Positions 1-17,883 are shown, counted from the first letter of the stretch. The stretch is 64,000 nucleotides of DNA from the human T2T-CHM13v2.0 reference genome, Homo sapiens (GCF_009914755.1 NC_060948.1); one strand, 5' to 3'. Made by a program: numbers and translations. Notes: generated by a model not told the origin, from the letters alone.

Positions 1-793
1 TAGTTTTTAAAAAGAGGTTTTCTTCGATGGAAAATAAAGTAACCAAATAGTAGTGAATTAGTTCTTCAGTGTCTCTCATTTGTTGACATTTTCCATGTAC
101 TTGAAACGTGTGGGGTACACCTCTTCTTCTTTTTCCTTCTCTGAGCAATGGCTAGAAGAAAAGCCCTACTTGTTTGTAGCATTTACTGTGAGCCATTACT
201 GAATGTGGGTGTATTGATGAATGATGCTACCTGTATGTTTTTAATCAGTAAGTATTTATTGAAAAGTAGAAGACATTATACTGTCTCTTTTCCAGCTGTG
301 GCTTACTTACTGCCCTTAATTTGTGGAAAAGAAGTACAGAGAAAGCCGTAACATCTGCCGAAGAACTACAGTATTACCCTATAATATCATCAGATAGCAA
401 ACAGTCTAGAAGTATTTTGCCAAAGAAAGAGCAAATGTATTATTTTAACTTACGTTGAAATCTATCTTAATAGAGCCTTATCAGCAGCGTAAGAAATAAC
501 TTCTGGGTGGGCATAAGTACACAGTATAAATATGGTAGACTTTGGCCGGTGCAACAGTCACTTGTTTTGTCATTTGTCTCTTCCCCCTCCCCGCCCAAAG
601 GGTAGCACTTGACAGAGAATATTTGTTTCTTCATGTCAGTCATTCATTTAGAAATCTGTATTTCTGTATGTAGAAAAATAATTACCATTTCAAGGTTTTT
701 CGTATTTTTGTTATTTTGGGAATGATATTTCTTTCTAGTTAAAGAAAATGTTTTACCGTATTAATCCATTCTTTCTGTAAACTTTATTTTCAG

Positions 794-865
794 GCTTACT
801 CTGCTTATCCACATTCACCAGGTCAGGTCATCACTGGATGTCAGTTGCTTGTATATAATTATCAG
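794..865 (+). CDS. DAZ: DAZ exon 7 repeat A: AYSAYPHSPGQVITGCQLLVYNYQ
   Basis: ttttcag|GCT...TATCAG|gtaatt; 72 nt, phase 0. Confidence 0.96.
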
Positions 866-1617
866 GTAATTGAAGAGGGAGTAAGATGATTTACTTTCAG
901 CTACTATTGAGGCCTCAACTTGCTTATACAAATTGCTTGAATAGGTTGTCCTTTTAAACTAGTGAACTGTACCTAAAATTTAAGAAATCACTTAGAATTA
1001 GTGTAATGAGGACCTCTGTTTTATTTAGAAGTGATGAAATAAGATTTTGACAGGAGGGTACTTAGCAATAACTTTTCCGTAGAACAATTTCTGAGATTTG
1101 GTGTTCCCTTCTTTGTTTCAGCATGTATTTTGTTATCTTTGCTGTCAAAGAGCTGAAACATCCAGACTGACTTTCCTGAATCTTGTAGAGATACAGAGTG
1201 AAATAAAAGCTTTACCGAATTCTTAGAGCACAGAATTTCAGTTGTATTTTTATTTTAGCTTGCTGCTTCATGATAGCAGTTCTCTGGGTCTCTTTTCAAT
1301 GGTACAACTATTATCTGTGACCCATAATTGTATCTGTGGTAACAAATTCAAAGAATTAATATCTTTGAGGGTTCCACAATTCTGTTTCCATAAAATTGGG
1401 AAAAAGGTGAGGTTTTCTGTGTAGAAGTAACAACAAGAACTTTGGGGATTAGAAACCTAAAGTACTTCTTTTTTCTATTCTGTTTCTTTTATTATAACAA
1501 AGGAGCCATCATGATAAATACTCCAATATTATGTAACTCATGTGTTTTTGAAAACGTGTAGGAGTATTTAAATAATTTTGGTTACTTTTTTTTTTTTTTT
1601 TTTTTTTTTAATTTAAG

Positions 1618-1668
1618 ATTCCACTGCACTGGCCTGTTGGGGCGCAAAGGAGTTATGTTGTTCCTCCG
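1618..1668 (+). pseudogene. DAZ: DAZL-type exon 8 copy (IPLHWPVGAQRSYVVPP), normally skipped but structurally intact
   Basis: poly-T, atttaag|ATT...CCTCCG|gtaaag; 51 nt, open, resembles DAZL MPPQWPVGEQRSYVVPP. Confidence 0.85.
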
Positions 1669-3236
1669 GTAAAGCGAATGAGTGAAACATATACCTGCTC
1701 TTCTTTCTTGATTTTTTGTGTGGCACATATGCCTATAAATATTTTTAATGATTCTTTATATTGATGTGTTAACGTTTTGTTACTTTCTTTTTAACCCAAT
1801 TATAATCTCCCATGGGAGAAACAGTGCCTTTTTCTCTCTCAGGTTTTTGTATGCTTAAGCAATGGCTTCTCCAAATTATGACAAGTGTTCAGTTACTTGT
1901 CGATAGATTATTTAATCTAAGAAAGGTAGTCCTAATGTGGCTTTATCTAAGAAAGGTAGTATTAATTTGGCTTTAGAATAGCATGTATCTGATGAGAATC
2001 TGCATCTGGATGTACCAACCATAAAAAATTTCATAAAAGAAACAGAAATGTTTTGCTGTTAATTACTCTTAAATAAGAATAGGATTAAAAAGAGTATTAC
2101 CTCTATAACACCTGAGCTGCTTTCCCCCATATAACTAAAATATTTAAAAGCAGTTCTCCTCATGTGTCTGCCTGCTTTATTCTTCTCTAAGTTTAGCAGT
2201 TAATCCAGGTATTCTTTATTTGAAATGATTTCCAGATGCCTCTGCATATTAAATTGCTGACTTCCAGATATATTCTGGTTCTGGAATGGGTAGATTTCTG
2301 ATATGTTTTAGGTATCTGTAAATCCCGCAAGTTTCTGGCATGTAGTGTCTCTGATCCTTGTTAGTTTGCTATTTAAAGTAGATTTGACATATTCTGTCAC
2401 TTACTGGTGGTAAATAACGTTTATTTTCTTCTTAGTTCATTTTATTTATATCTTAGTTTAAAAGACATTTTCTTTGATGGAAAATAAAGTAACAGAATAG
2501 TAGTGAAGTAGTTATATTCAGTGTTTCTCATTTGTTGACATTTTCCCTGTACTTGAAACATGTACGGTATACCTCATCTTCTTTTTCCTTCTGTGAACAA
2601 TGGCTGGAATAAAAGCCCTACTTCTATCATTTACTGTGAGCCATTACTGAATCTGGGTGTATTGATGCATGCTGCTTACCTATATGTGTTGAAACAATAA
2701 GTATTTATTGAAACATATGAGACATTATACTGTCTCTTTTCCAGTATTGGATTCTATACTGCACTTAGTTTTTCAACATGAAGTACAGAAAACGCCGTAA
2801 ATTCTGCAGAACTACGTATTACCTTATAATATTGTCAAATACACATCAGTCTGGAAGCATTTTTACAGGGAAATAGCAAATGTATTAATTTAACTTACAT
2901 TGAACTCTGTCTTAATGCAGCCTTATCACCAGTGCAAGAAATAACTTCTGGGTGGGCATAAGTACACAATATAAGTAAGGTTAACTTTGCCTGGTGTCAT
3001 AGCCAGTTCTTTTGACATTTGTCTGTTCCCCCTCCACGCCCAACCATAGCACTTGACCGAGAATAATACGTTCTTCATAAATCAGTCAGTCACTTACAAT
3101 TCTACATTGTTGCAGATAGAAAAATAATTAGTATTTCGAAATTTTTCATAGTTTTGTTATATTGGGACTAATTCTTCCTAATTAAAAATAATGTTTTAAC
3201 GTATTAATTCATTCTTTCTGTATAATTTATTTTCAG

Positions 3237-3308
3237 GAATATCCTACTTATCCCGATTCAGCATTTCAGGTCACCACTGGATATCAGTTGCCTGTATATA
3301 ATTATCAG
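3237..3308 (+). CDS. DAZ: DAZ exon 7 repeat B: EYPTYPDSAFQVTTGYQLPVYNYQ
   Basis: tttcag|GAA...TATCAG|gtaatg. Confidence 0.96.
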
Positions 3309-4064
3309 GTAATGTAAGAGGGAGTAAAATGATTTGCTTTCAGGTATTATTGGGGCCTTTAACTTTTTTAGACAAATTTCCTGAACAGTTGGTCATTTTA
3401 AACTAGTGAAGTGTACCTAAAATTTAAGGAAACACTTAGAATTAGTGTAGAATGAAGACATCTGTCTTATTTAGAAGTAATGAAGTAGTATTTTGAGAGG
3501 AATATACCTGGCAATAACATTTCTGTAGAAGAGATTTCTGAGATGTGGTGTTCTCTCCTTTACTTCTGGATGTAGTTTTCATCTTTACTGTGAAATAGCT
3601 GAATGAAACATCCAAACTGACTTTCATGAATTTTCTTAGGGAGATAGAGTGAAATAAATTTCTGCTGCACTTTTCAGAGCACAGAATCCCAATTACATTT
3701 TCATTTTAGCTGGCTGTTTGAAGATAGTAATTCTCTGGATCTCTTTTCATAGATACAAGTATATCTATGACCCATAATTATATCTATGGTAATAAACTGA
3801 AAGAGGTAGTATCTTGGAGGTTTCCACATTGCCAACTCCTGAAAATTTGGAGAAAGATGAAGTTTCAAATATAAAAGTAAGAAGAATGTCATGGACTAGA
3901 AACATGATGTACTTAAGTTTTCCTTTCTGTTACTTTTATTATAATAAAAAAGGAGACAGCAGGATAAGGACTTCAATATTGTGTTTCTCATGAGTTTTTG
4001 AAAATGTGTAGGAATACTTTAATAGTTTTGGTGTCCTTTTTTTTTTTTTTTTTTTTTTTTTAAG

Positions 4065-4112
4065 ATGCCACCATAGGGGCCTGTTGGGGAGCAAAGGGAT
4101 TCCGTTCTTGAC
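4065..4112 (+). pseudogene. DAZ: Exon-8 pseudoexon with stop at codon 4 (representative; copies also start at 6467, 8842, 16247, 18632, 21017, 23401, 25785, 28169, 30553)
   Basis: poly-T, aag|ATG CCA CCA TAG...; donor degenerated to gttaag. Confidence 0.85.
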
Positions 4113-5626
4113 GTTAAGTGAATTAGCCAAACATAGACTTCCTGTTCATTCTTGATTTTTTTCCATGTCCTATATGCCTATAAATATTTTTAAGTGATTC
4201 TTTATATTAATTTTTTTGTCGTTGTTACTTTCTTGTTAACCCGATTATGAACTCCCATGGGAGCAAGAGTGCCTTTTTTGCCCTCAGGTTTTTATGTGCC
4301 TAAGCAATGGCAGGTCCACATAATGATAGACTATATAATCACAGAAAAGTAGTATTCACTTGACTTTAGAATTATCACGTATCTGCCAATAATCAGCCTC
4401 TGGCTTTACCAGCAATAGAAAATTTATAGAAGAGAAACAGAATTGCTTTGCTGTTAATGACGCTTAAATAAGAACAGGAGTGAACGAGAGTATTACCTCC
4501 AAATCACCGGAGCTGCTTTCCCCCTTATAAGCAGTTCCTAAAGTGAATGAAAGCAGCTCTCCTTATGTGTCTGCCTACTTTATTCTTCGGTAAGTTTAGC
4601 AGTTCATCTAGCTATCCTTTATTTGAAATGATTTCCAGATGCCTCCTCATATAAATTGCTGACTTCTGGATATTTCCTGGTTCTGGAATGGGTAGATTTC
4701 TGATGTGGTTTAGTATATATATGTAAACCCCGTGAGCTTCTGGCATCTAATTTCTCTGATCCTGGTTACATTGATATTTAAAGTAGGGTTTGACATACTC
4801 TGTCACCTACTGTTGATAAATAACGTTTATATTCTTCTTAGTTCATTTTATTGACGTGTTAGCTTTAAAGACATTTTCTTTGACGGAAAATGAAGTAACA
4901 AAATAATAGTGAAATAGTTATGCAGTGTCTCTAATTTGTTGATATTTTGCATGTACTTGAAACTTGTATGGTATACCTCTTCTTTTTCCTTCTCTGAACA
5001 ATGGCTAGAAAAAAAGTCCTACTTTTTTCTGTCATTTACTGTGAGGCATCACTGATTCTGGGTGTATTCATGTATGCTGCTACCTGTATGTTTTCAAACA
5101 ATAAGAATTTATTGAAACATGTAAGACATTATACTTTCTCTTCTCCAGTATTGGATCATAGACTGCACTTAGTTTTTTGTAATGAAGTACAGACAAAGCC
5201 ATAACATCTGTCGAACTACATATTACCCTATAATATTGTCTGATACAAAACAGTCTGGAAATATTCTTACAGAGAAATTGCAAATGTATTAATTTAACTT
5301 ACCTTGCAATCTCTCTTAATGGAGCCTTACCACCAGTGTAAGAAATAACGTCTGGGTGTGAATAAGTACACAGTATAAGGTAAACTTTGGTGAAGTAGTC
5401 AATTCTTTTGTCATTTGTTCCCCCTTCACACCCATAGTGTAGCACTTGACCTAGAATCTTTCTTTCTTCATAAAGTCAGTCATTCATTTGGAATTCTGCA
5501 TTGTTGTACGTAGAAAAAGGATATTTTACCTTTTGTAATATTTTTGTTATATTGGGAATTATATTTCTTTGTAATTTTAAAAAGTGGTTTACCATATTCA
5601 TTTTTTTCTGCAACCTTTCTTTTCAG

Positions 5627-5698
5627 CCATTTCCTGCTTATCCAAGATCACCATTTCAGGTCACTGCTGGATATCAGTTGCCTGTATATAATTATCAG
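5627..5698 (+). CDS. DAZ: DAZ exon 7 repeat C: PFPAYPRSPFQVTAGYQLPVYNYQ
   Basis: tttcag|CCA...TATCAG|gtaatg; also visible in ORF 5501..5707. Confidence 0.96.
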
Positions 5699-8022
5699 GT
5701 AATGTAAGAAGGAGTAAAATGATTTACTTTCAGGTATTACTGAGGCATTCAACTTGTTTATACAAATTTCCTGAATAGTTGGTCATTTTAAATTAGTGAA
5801 GTGTACCTAAAATTTAAGGAAACACGTAGAAGTAGTGTAGAATGAAGACCTCTGTCTTATTTAGAAGTAATGAAGTAGTATTTTGAGAGGAATATACTTG
5901 GCAATAACTTTTCTGTAGAAGAGATTTCTGAGATGTGGTGTTCTCTTCTTTATTTCTGGATGCAGTTTTCATCTTTACTGTGAAATAGCTGAATGAAACA
6001 TCCAAACTGACTTTCATGAATTTTCTTAGGGAGATAGAGTGAAATAAATTTATGCTGCACTTTTCAGAGCACAGAATCCCAATTACATTTTCATTTTAGC
6101 TGGCTGTTTGAAGATAGTAATGCTCTGGATCTCTTTTCATAGATACAAGTATATCTATGACCCATAATTACATCTATGGTAAGAAACTGAAAGAGGTAGT
6201 ATCTTTGAGGTTTCCACCTTGCCAACTCCCGAAAATTTGGAGAAAGGTGAAGTTTCCAATATAAAAGTAACAAGAATGTCATGGACTAGAAACATAAAGT
6301 ACTTAAGTTTTCCTTTCTGTTACTTTTATTATAATGAAAAAGGAGACAGCCGGATAAGTACTTCAATGTTGTATTTCTCATGTGTTTTTGAAAATGTGTA
6401 GGAATACATATAATACTTTCGGTGTCCTTTTTTTTTCTTTCTTTTTCTTTCTTTTTTTTTTTTAAGATGCCACCATAAGGTCCTGTTGGGGAGCAAAGGA
6501 TTATGTTGTCCTTGACGTTAAGTGAATTAGCCAAACATAGATTTCCTGTTCATTCTTGATTTTTTTCCATGTCATATATGCCTATAAATATTTTTAAGTG
6601 ATTCTTTATATTAATTTTTTTGTTGTTGTTACTTTCTTGTTAACCCGATTATAAACTCCCATGGGAGCAAGAGTGCCTTTTTTGCCCTCAGGTTTTTATG
6701 TGGTTAAGCAATGGCAGGTCCATATAATGACAGACTATATAATCAAAGAAAGGTAGTGTTCATGTGACTTTACAATTAGCATGTATCTGCATAGAATCTG
6801 CCTCTGGCTTTACCAGCAATAGAATATTTATAGAAGAGAAACAGAAATGCTTTGCTGTTAATGACGCTTAAATGAGAATAGGAGTAAACGAGAGTATTAC
6901 CGCCAAATCACCGGAGCTGCTTTCCCCCTTATAACCAGTTCCTAAAGTGAATGAAAGCAGCTCCCCTTATGTGTCTGCCTACTTTATTCTTTGGTAAGTT
7001 TAGCAGTTCATCTAGCTATTCTTTATTTGAAATGATTTCCGGATGCCTCCTCATATAAATTGCTGACTTCTGGAAATATTCTTCTTCTGGAATGGGTAGA
7101 TTTCTGATGTGGTTTAGTATATATATAAACCCCGTGAGCTTCTGGCGTCTAATTTCTCTGATTCTGGTTACACTGATATTTAAAGTAGGGTTTGACATAC
7201 TCCATCACTTAATGTTGATAACTAACCTTTATATTCTTCTTAGTTCGTTTTATTTATGTGTTAGCTTAAAAGACATTTTCTTTGATGGAAAATGAAGTAA
7301 CAAAATAATAGTGAAATAGTTCTGCGGTTGTCTCTAATTTCGTGATATTTTCCATGTACTTGAAACATGTATGGTATACCTCTTCTTTTTCCTTCTCTGA
7401 ACAATGGCTAGAAAAAAAGCCTTACTTGTTTCTGTCATTTACTGTGAGCGATTACTGAATCTGGGTGTATTCATGTATGCTGCTACCTGTATGTTTTCAG
7501 ATAATAAAAATTTTTTGAAACATATAAGACATTATACTTTCTCTTGTCCAGTATTGGATTATAGACTGCACTTAGTTTTTCGTAGTGAAGTACAGACAAA
7601 GCCATAACATCTGTCAAACTATATATTGTCCTATAATATTGTCTGATACAAAACAGTCTAGAAATATTCTGACAGGGAAATAGCAAATGTATTAATTTAA
7701 CTTACCTTGCAATCTCTCTTAATGGAGCCTTACCACCAGTGTAAGAAATAACTTCTGGGTGTGAATAAGTACACAGTATAAGGTAAACTTTGGTGAAATA
7801 GTCAATTCTTTTGTCATTAGTTCCCCCTTCACTCCCAAAGTGTAGCACTTGTCATAGAATCTTTCTTTCTTCATAAAGTCAGTCATTCATTTAGAATTCT
7901 GCATTATTGTATGTAGAAAAACAATATTTTACCTATGTTTGTTATATTCAGAATTATATTTCTTTCTAATTTTAAAAAAATGGTTTACCGTATTCATTTT
8001 TTTCTGGAACCTTTCTTTTCAG

Positions 8023-8094
8023 GCATTTCCTGCTTATCCAAATTCACCATTTCAAGTCGCCACTGGATATCAGTTCCCTGTATACAATTATCAG
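8023..8094 (+). CDS. DAZ: DAZ exon 7 repeat D: AFPAYPNSPFQVATGYQFPVYNYQ
   Basis: ttttcag|GCA...TATCAG|gtaatg. Confidence 0.96.
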
Positions 8095-10407
8095 GTAATG
8101 TCAGAGGGAGTAAAATGATTTGCTTTTAGGTATTATTGAGGCCTTTAACTTGTTCATACAAATTTCCTGAATAGTTGCTCATTTTAAACTAGTGAATTGT
8201 ACCTAAAATTTAAGGAAACACTTAGTGTAGAATGAAGACCTCTGTGTTATTTAGAATAATGAGGTAGTATTTTGACAGGAATATACTTGGCAATAACTTT
8301 TCTGTAGAACAGATTTCTGAGATTTGGTGTTCTCTTCTTCATTTCTGGATGTAGTTTTCATCTTTACTGTCAAATAGCTAAATGAAACGTCCAAAGTGTC
8401 TTTCATGAATTTTCTTAGGGAGATAGACTGAAATAAAATTATGCTGCACTTTTCAGAGCACAGAATCCCAATTACATTTTCATTTTAGCTGGCTGTTTGA
8501 CGATAGTAATGCTCTGGATCTCTTTTCATAGATACAAGTGTATCTGTGACCCATAATTATATCTACGGTAATAAACTGAAAGAGCTAGTATCTTTGAGGT
8601 TTCCACATTGCGAAATCCCGAAAATGTGGAGAAAGCTGAAGTTTCCAATGTAAAAGTAACAAGAATGTCATGGACTAGAAACATAAAGTATTTGAGTTTT
8701 CCTTTCTGTTACTTTTATTACAATAAAAAAGGAGACAGCAGGATAAGTACTTTAATATTGTGTTTCTCATGTGTTTTTGAAAATGTGTAGTAATACTTCA
8801 ATAGTTTTGGTTTCCTTTTATTTATTGATTGATTTTTTAAGATTCCACCTTAGGGGCCTGTTGGGTAGCAAAGGGATTATGTTGTCCTTGACGTTAAGGG
8901 AATTAGCCAAACATAGACTTCCTGTTCATTCTTGATTTTTTTCCATGTCATATATGCCTACAAATATTTTTAAGTGACTTTTTATGTTAATGTTTTTTTT
9001 GTTGTTGTTTCCTTCTTGTTAACCCGATTATAAACTCCCATGGCAGCAACAGTGCCTTTTTTGTCCTCAGGTTTTTATGTGCTTAAGCAATGGCAGGTCT
9101 ACATAATGATAGACTATATAATCAAAGAAAGGGAGTATTCACGTGACTTTAGAATTAGCATGTGTCTGCACAGAATATGCCTCTGGCTTTACCAGCAGTA
9201 GAAAATTTATAGAAGAGAAACAGAAATGCTTTGCTGTTAATGACGCCTAAATAAGAATAGGAGTAAAGGAGAGTATTACCTCCAACTCACCGGAGCTGCT
9301 TTCCCCCTTATAAGCAGTTCCTAAAGTGAATGAAAGCAGCTCTCCTTATGTGTCTGCCTACTTTATTCTTCGGTAAGTTTAGCAGTTTATCTAGCTATCC
9401 TTTATTTGAAATGATTGCCACATGCCTCCTCATATAAATGGCTGACTTCTGGATATATTCTGGTTCTGGAATGGGCAGATTTCTGACGTGGTTTAGTATA
9501 TATATATAAACCCGGTGAGTTTCTGGCATGTAATTTCTCTGATCGTGGTTACATTGATATTTAAAGTAGGGTTTGACATAGTGTGTCACTTACTGTTGAT
9601 AAATATCGTTTATTTTCTTCTTAGTTCATTTCATTGATGTGTTAGCTTAAAAGACATTTTCTTTGACAGAAAATGAAGTAATGAAATAATAGTGAAATCG
9701 TTCTGCTGTGTCTCTAATTTGTTGATATTTTCCATGTACTTGAAACATGTATGGTATACCTCTTCTTTTTCCTTCTCTGAACCATGGCTAGAAAAAAAGC
9801 CCTACTTGTTTCTCTCGTTTACTGTGAGGCATTAGTGATTCTGGGTGTATTCATGTATGCTGCTACCTGTATGTTTTCAAACAATAAGAATTTGTTGAAA
9901 CATGTCAGACATTATACTTTTTATTCTCCAGTATTGGAATATAGACTGCAATTAGTTTTTTGGAATGAAATACAGACAAAGCCATAACATCTATAGAACT
10001 ACATATTACCCTACAATATTGTCTGATACAAAACAGTCTGGAAATATTCTTACAGCGAAATTGCAAATGTATTGATTTACCTTACATTGCAATCTGTCTT
10101 AGTGGAACCTTATCACCAGTGTAAGACATAATTTCTGGGTGTGAATAAGTACACAGTATAAGGTAAACTTTGGTGAAGTAGTCAATTCTTTTTTTTTAAA
10201 AAATTATGCTTTAAGTTTTAGGGTCCATGTGCACATTGTGCAGGTTAGTTCCATATGTATACATGTGCCATGCTGGTGCTCTGCACCCTCTAACTCCTCA
10301 TCTAGCATTAGGTATATCTCCCAGTGCTATCCCTCCCCCCTCCCCCCACCCCACAACAGTCCCCAGAGTGTGATATATCCCTTCCTGTGTCCATGTGATC
10401 TCATTGT

Positions 10408-14235
<3,828 letters not shown>

Positions 14236-14298
14236 TATGATGTTAGCTGGTTATTTTGCTTGTTAGTTGATGCAGTTTCTTCCTAGTCTCGATGGTCT

Positions 14299-15319
14299 TT
14301 ACATTTTGGCATGATTTTGCAGCGGCTGGTACCGGTTGTTCCTTTCCATGTTTAGTGCTTCCTTCAGGAGCTCTTATAAGGCAGGCTTGGTGGTGACAAA
14401 ATCTCTCAGCATTTGCTTGTCTGTAAAGTATTTTATTTCTCCTTCGCTTATGAAGCTTAGTTTGGCTGGATATGAAATTCTGGGTTGAAAATTATTTTCT
14501 TTAAGAATGTTGAATATTGGCCCCCACTCTCTTCTGGCTTGTAGGGTTTCTGCCGAGAGATCCACTGTTAGTCTGATGGGCTTCCCTTTGAGGGTAACCC
14601 GACCTTTCTCTCTGGCTGCCCTTAACATTTTTTCCTTCATTTCAACTTTGGTGAATCTGACAATTATGTGTCTTGGAGTTGCTCTTCTCGAGGAGTATCT
14701 TTGTGGCGTTCTCTGTATTTCCTGAATCTGAACGTTGGCCTGCCTTGCTAGATTGGGGAAGTTCTCCTGGATAATATCCTGCAGAGTGTTTTCCAGCTTG
14801 GTTCCATTCTCCCGATCACTTTCAGGTACACCAAGCAGACGTAGATTTGGTCTTTTCACATAGTCCCATATTTCTTGGAGGCTTTGCTCATTTCGTTTTA
14901 TTCTTTTTTCTCCAAACTTCCCTTCTCACTTCATTTCATTCATTTCATCTTCCATTGCTGATACCCTTTCTTCCAGTTGATCGCATCAGCTCCTGAGGCT
15001 TCTGCATTCTTCACGTAGTTCTTGAGCCTTGGTTTTCAGCTCCATCAGCTCCTTTAAGCACTTCTCTGTATTGGTTATTCTAGTTATACATTCTTCTACA
15101 TTTTTTTTTCCCAAAGTTTTCAACTTCTTTGCCTTTGGTTTGAATGTCCTCCCGTAGCTCAGAGTAATTTGATCGTCTGAAGCCTTCTTCTCTCAGCTCG
15201 TCAAAGTCATTCTCCATCCAGCTTTGTTCCGTTGCTGGTGAGGAACTGCGTTCCTTTGGAGGAGGAGAGGTGCTCTGCTTTTTAGAGTTTCCAGTTTTTC
15301 TGTTCTGTTTTTTCCCCCT
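14299..15319 (-). pseudogene. L1 ORF1p, disrupted
   Basis: Start ATG reads AGG at 15317-15319; fragment KRPNLRLLGVPES... (14374..14859) ends at a premature TAA. Confidence 0.92.
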
Positions 15320-16226
15320 CTTTGTGGTTTTATCTACTTTTGGTCTTTGATGATGGTGATGTACAGATGGGTTTTTGGTGTGGATGTCCTTTCTGTTTGT
15401 TAGTTTTCCTTCTAACTGAGAGGACCCTCAGCTGCAGGTCTGTTGGAATACCCTGCCGTGTGAGGTGTCAGTGTGCCCCTGCTGGGGGGTGCCTCCCAGT
15501 TAGGCTGCTCGGGGGGTCAGGGGTCAGGGACCCACTTGACGAGGCAGTCTGCCCGTTCTCAGATCTCCAGCTGCGTGCTGGGAGAACCACTGCTCTCTTC
15601 AAAGCTGTCAGACAGGGTCATTTAAGTCTGCAGAGGTTACTGCTGTCTTTTTGTTTGTCTGTGCCCTGCCCCTAGAGGTGGAGCCTACAGAGGCAGGCAG
15701 GCCTCCTTGAGCTGTGGTGGGCTCCACCCAGTTGGAGCTTCCCTGCGGCTTTGTTTACCTAATCAAGCCTGGGCAATGGCGGGCGCCCCTCCCCCAGCCT
15801 CGTTGCCGCCTTGCAGTTTGATCTCAGACTGCTGTGCTAGCAATCAGTGAGACTGCGTGGGCGTAGGACCCTCCGAGCCAGGTGCGGGATATAATCTAGT
15901 GGTGTGCCGTTTTTTAAGCCCGTCGGAAAAGCGCAGTATTCGGGTGGGAGTGACCCGATTCTCCAGGTGGCATCCGTCACCCCTTTCTTTGACTCAGAAG
16001 GGAACTCCCTGACCGCTTGCGCGTCCCAAGTGAGGCAATGCCTCGCCCTGCTTCCGCTCGCACGCGGTGAGCCCACCCACTGACCTGCGCCCACTGTCTG
16101 GCACTCCCTAGTGAGATGAACCCGGTACCTCAGATGGAAATGCAGAAATCACCCGTCTTCGGCGTCGCTCACGCTGGGAGCTGTAGACTGGAGCTGTTCC
16201 TATTCGGCCATCTTGGCTCCTCCCCC
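15320..16226. promoter_or_regulatory. L1 5' UTR: CpG-rich sense promoter (- strand) and antisense promoter (+ strand, pointing into downstream DAZ exons)
   Basis: Only conspicuously CpG-rich segment in the array; YY1 motif AAGATGGCCG near the 5' end; ASP position from established L1 biology. Confidence 0.8.
15776..15850 (+). pseudogene. L1 ORF0 truncated at 24 aa (MAGAPPPASLPPCSLISDCCASNQ*)
   Basis: Matches the ORF0 N-terminus; CGA>TGA at 15848. Confidence 0.85.
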
Positions 16227-17811
16227 ACCCCCCTTTTTTTTTCAAGATGCCACCATAGGGGCCTGTTGGGGAGCAAAGGGATTATGTTTTCCTTGATGTT
16301 AAGTGAATTAGCCAAACATAGACTTCCTGTTCATTCTTGGTTTTTTTCCACGTCGTATATGCCTATTACTATTTTTAAGTGATTTTTATATCAATGTTTT
16401 AGTTTACTTTTTTACTTTCTTGTTAACCCGATTATAAACTCCCATGGGAGCAACAGTGCCTTTTTTGCCCTGAGGTTTTTATTTGCTTAAGCAATGGCAG
16501 GTCCACTTAATGATAGACCATATCATCAAAGAAAGGTAGTATTCATGTGGCTTTTGAATTAGCATGCATCTGCGTAGATTCTGCCTCTGGCTTTACCAGC
16601 AACAGAAAATTTGTAGAACAGAGACAGAAATGCTTTGCTGTTAATTGCGCTTAAATAAGAATAGGAGTAAACGAGAGTATTACCTCCAAAGCACCAGAGC
16701 TGCTTTCCTCCTTATAACCAGTTCCTAAAGTGAATGAAAGCAGCTCTCCTTATGTGTCTGCCTACTTCATTCTTCGGTAAGTTTAACAGTTCATCTAGCT
16801 ACCCTTTATTTGAAATGATTTCCAGATGCCTCCTCATATAAATTGCTGACTTCTGGATATATTCTGGTTCGGGAATGGGTAGATTTCTGATGTGGTTTAG
16901 TAGGTATATAAATCCCGTGAGCTTCTTGCATCTAATTTCTCTGATCCTGCTTACACTGATATTTAAAGTAGGTTTTGACATACTCCATCACTTAATGTTG
17001 ATAAAGGACGTTTATATTCTTCTTAGTTCGTTTTATTTATGTGTTAGCTTTAAAGACATTTTCTTTGACGGAAAGTGAAGTAACAAAATAATAGTCGAAT
17101 AGTTCTGCCGTGTCTCTAATTTGTTGATATTTTCCATGTACTTGAAACATGTATGGTACACCTCTTCTTTTTCCTTCTCTGAACAATGGCTAGAAAAAAA
17201 ACCCTACTTCTTTCTGTCATTTACTGTGAGGCATTACTGAATCTGGGTGTATTCATGTATGCTGCTACCTGTATGTTTTCAAACAATAAGAATTCATTGA
17301 AACATATAAGACATTATACTTTCTCTTCTCCAGTATTGGATTATAGACTGCACTTAGTTTTCCGGAATGAAGTACAGACAAAGCCATAACGCGTGTACAA
17401 ATACACATTGTCCTATAATATTGTCTGATAAAAAACAGTGTAGAAATATTCTGACAGGGAAATAGCAAATGTATTAATTTAACTTACCTTGCAATCTCTG
17501 TTAATGGAGCCTTATCACCAGTGTAAGAAATAACGTCTGGGTGTGAATACGTACACAGTATAAGGTAAACTTTGGTGAAGTCGTCAATTCTTTTGTCATT
17601 TCTTCCCCCTTCACAGCCAAAGTGTAGCACTTGACATGGAATCTTTCTTTCTTCATAAATCAGTCATTCATTTGGAATTCTGCATTGTTGTATGTAGAAA
17701 AACGATATTTTCCCTTCTGTAATATTGTTGTTATATTGGGAATTATATTTCTTTGTAATTTTAAAAAGTGGTTTACCATATTCATTTTTTTCTGCCAACC
17801 TTTCTTTTCAG

Positions 17812-17883
17812 GCATTTCCTGCTTATCCAAGTTCACCATTTCAGGTCACCACTGGATATCAGTTGCCTGTATATAATTATCAG
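17812..17883 (+). CDS. DAZ: DAZ exon 7 repeat Y (1): AFPAYPSSPFQVTTGYQLPVYNYQ
   Basis: ttttcag|GCA...TATCAG|gtaatg. Confidence 0.95.
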
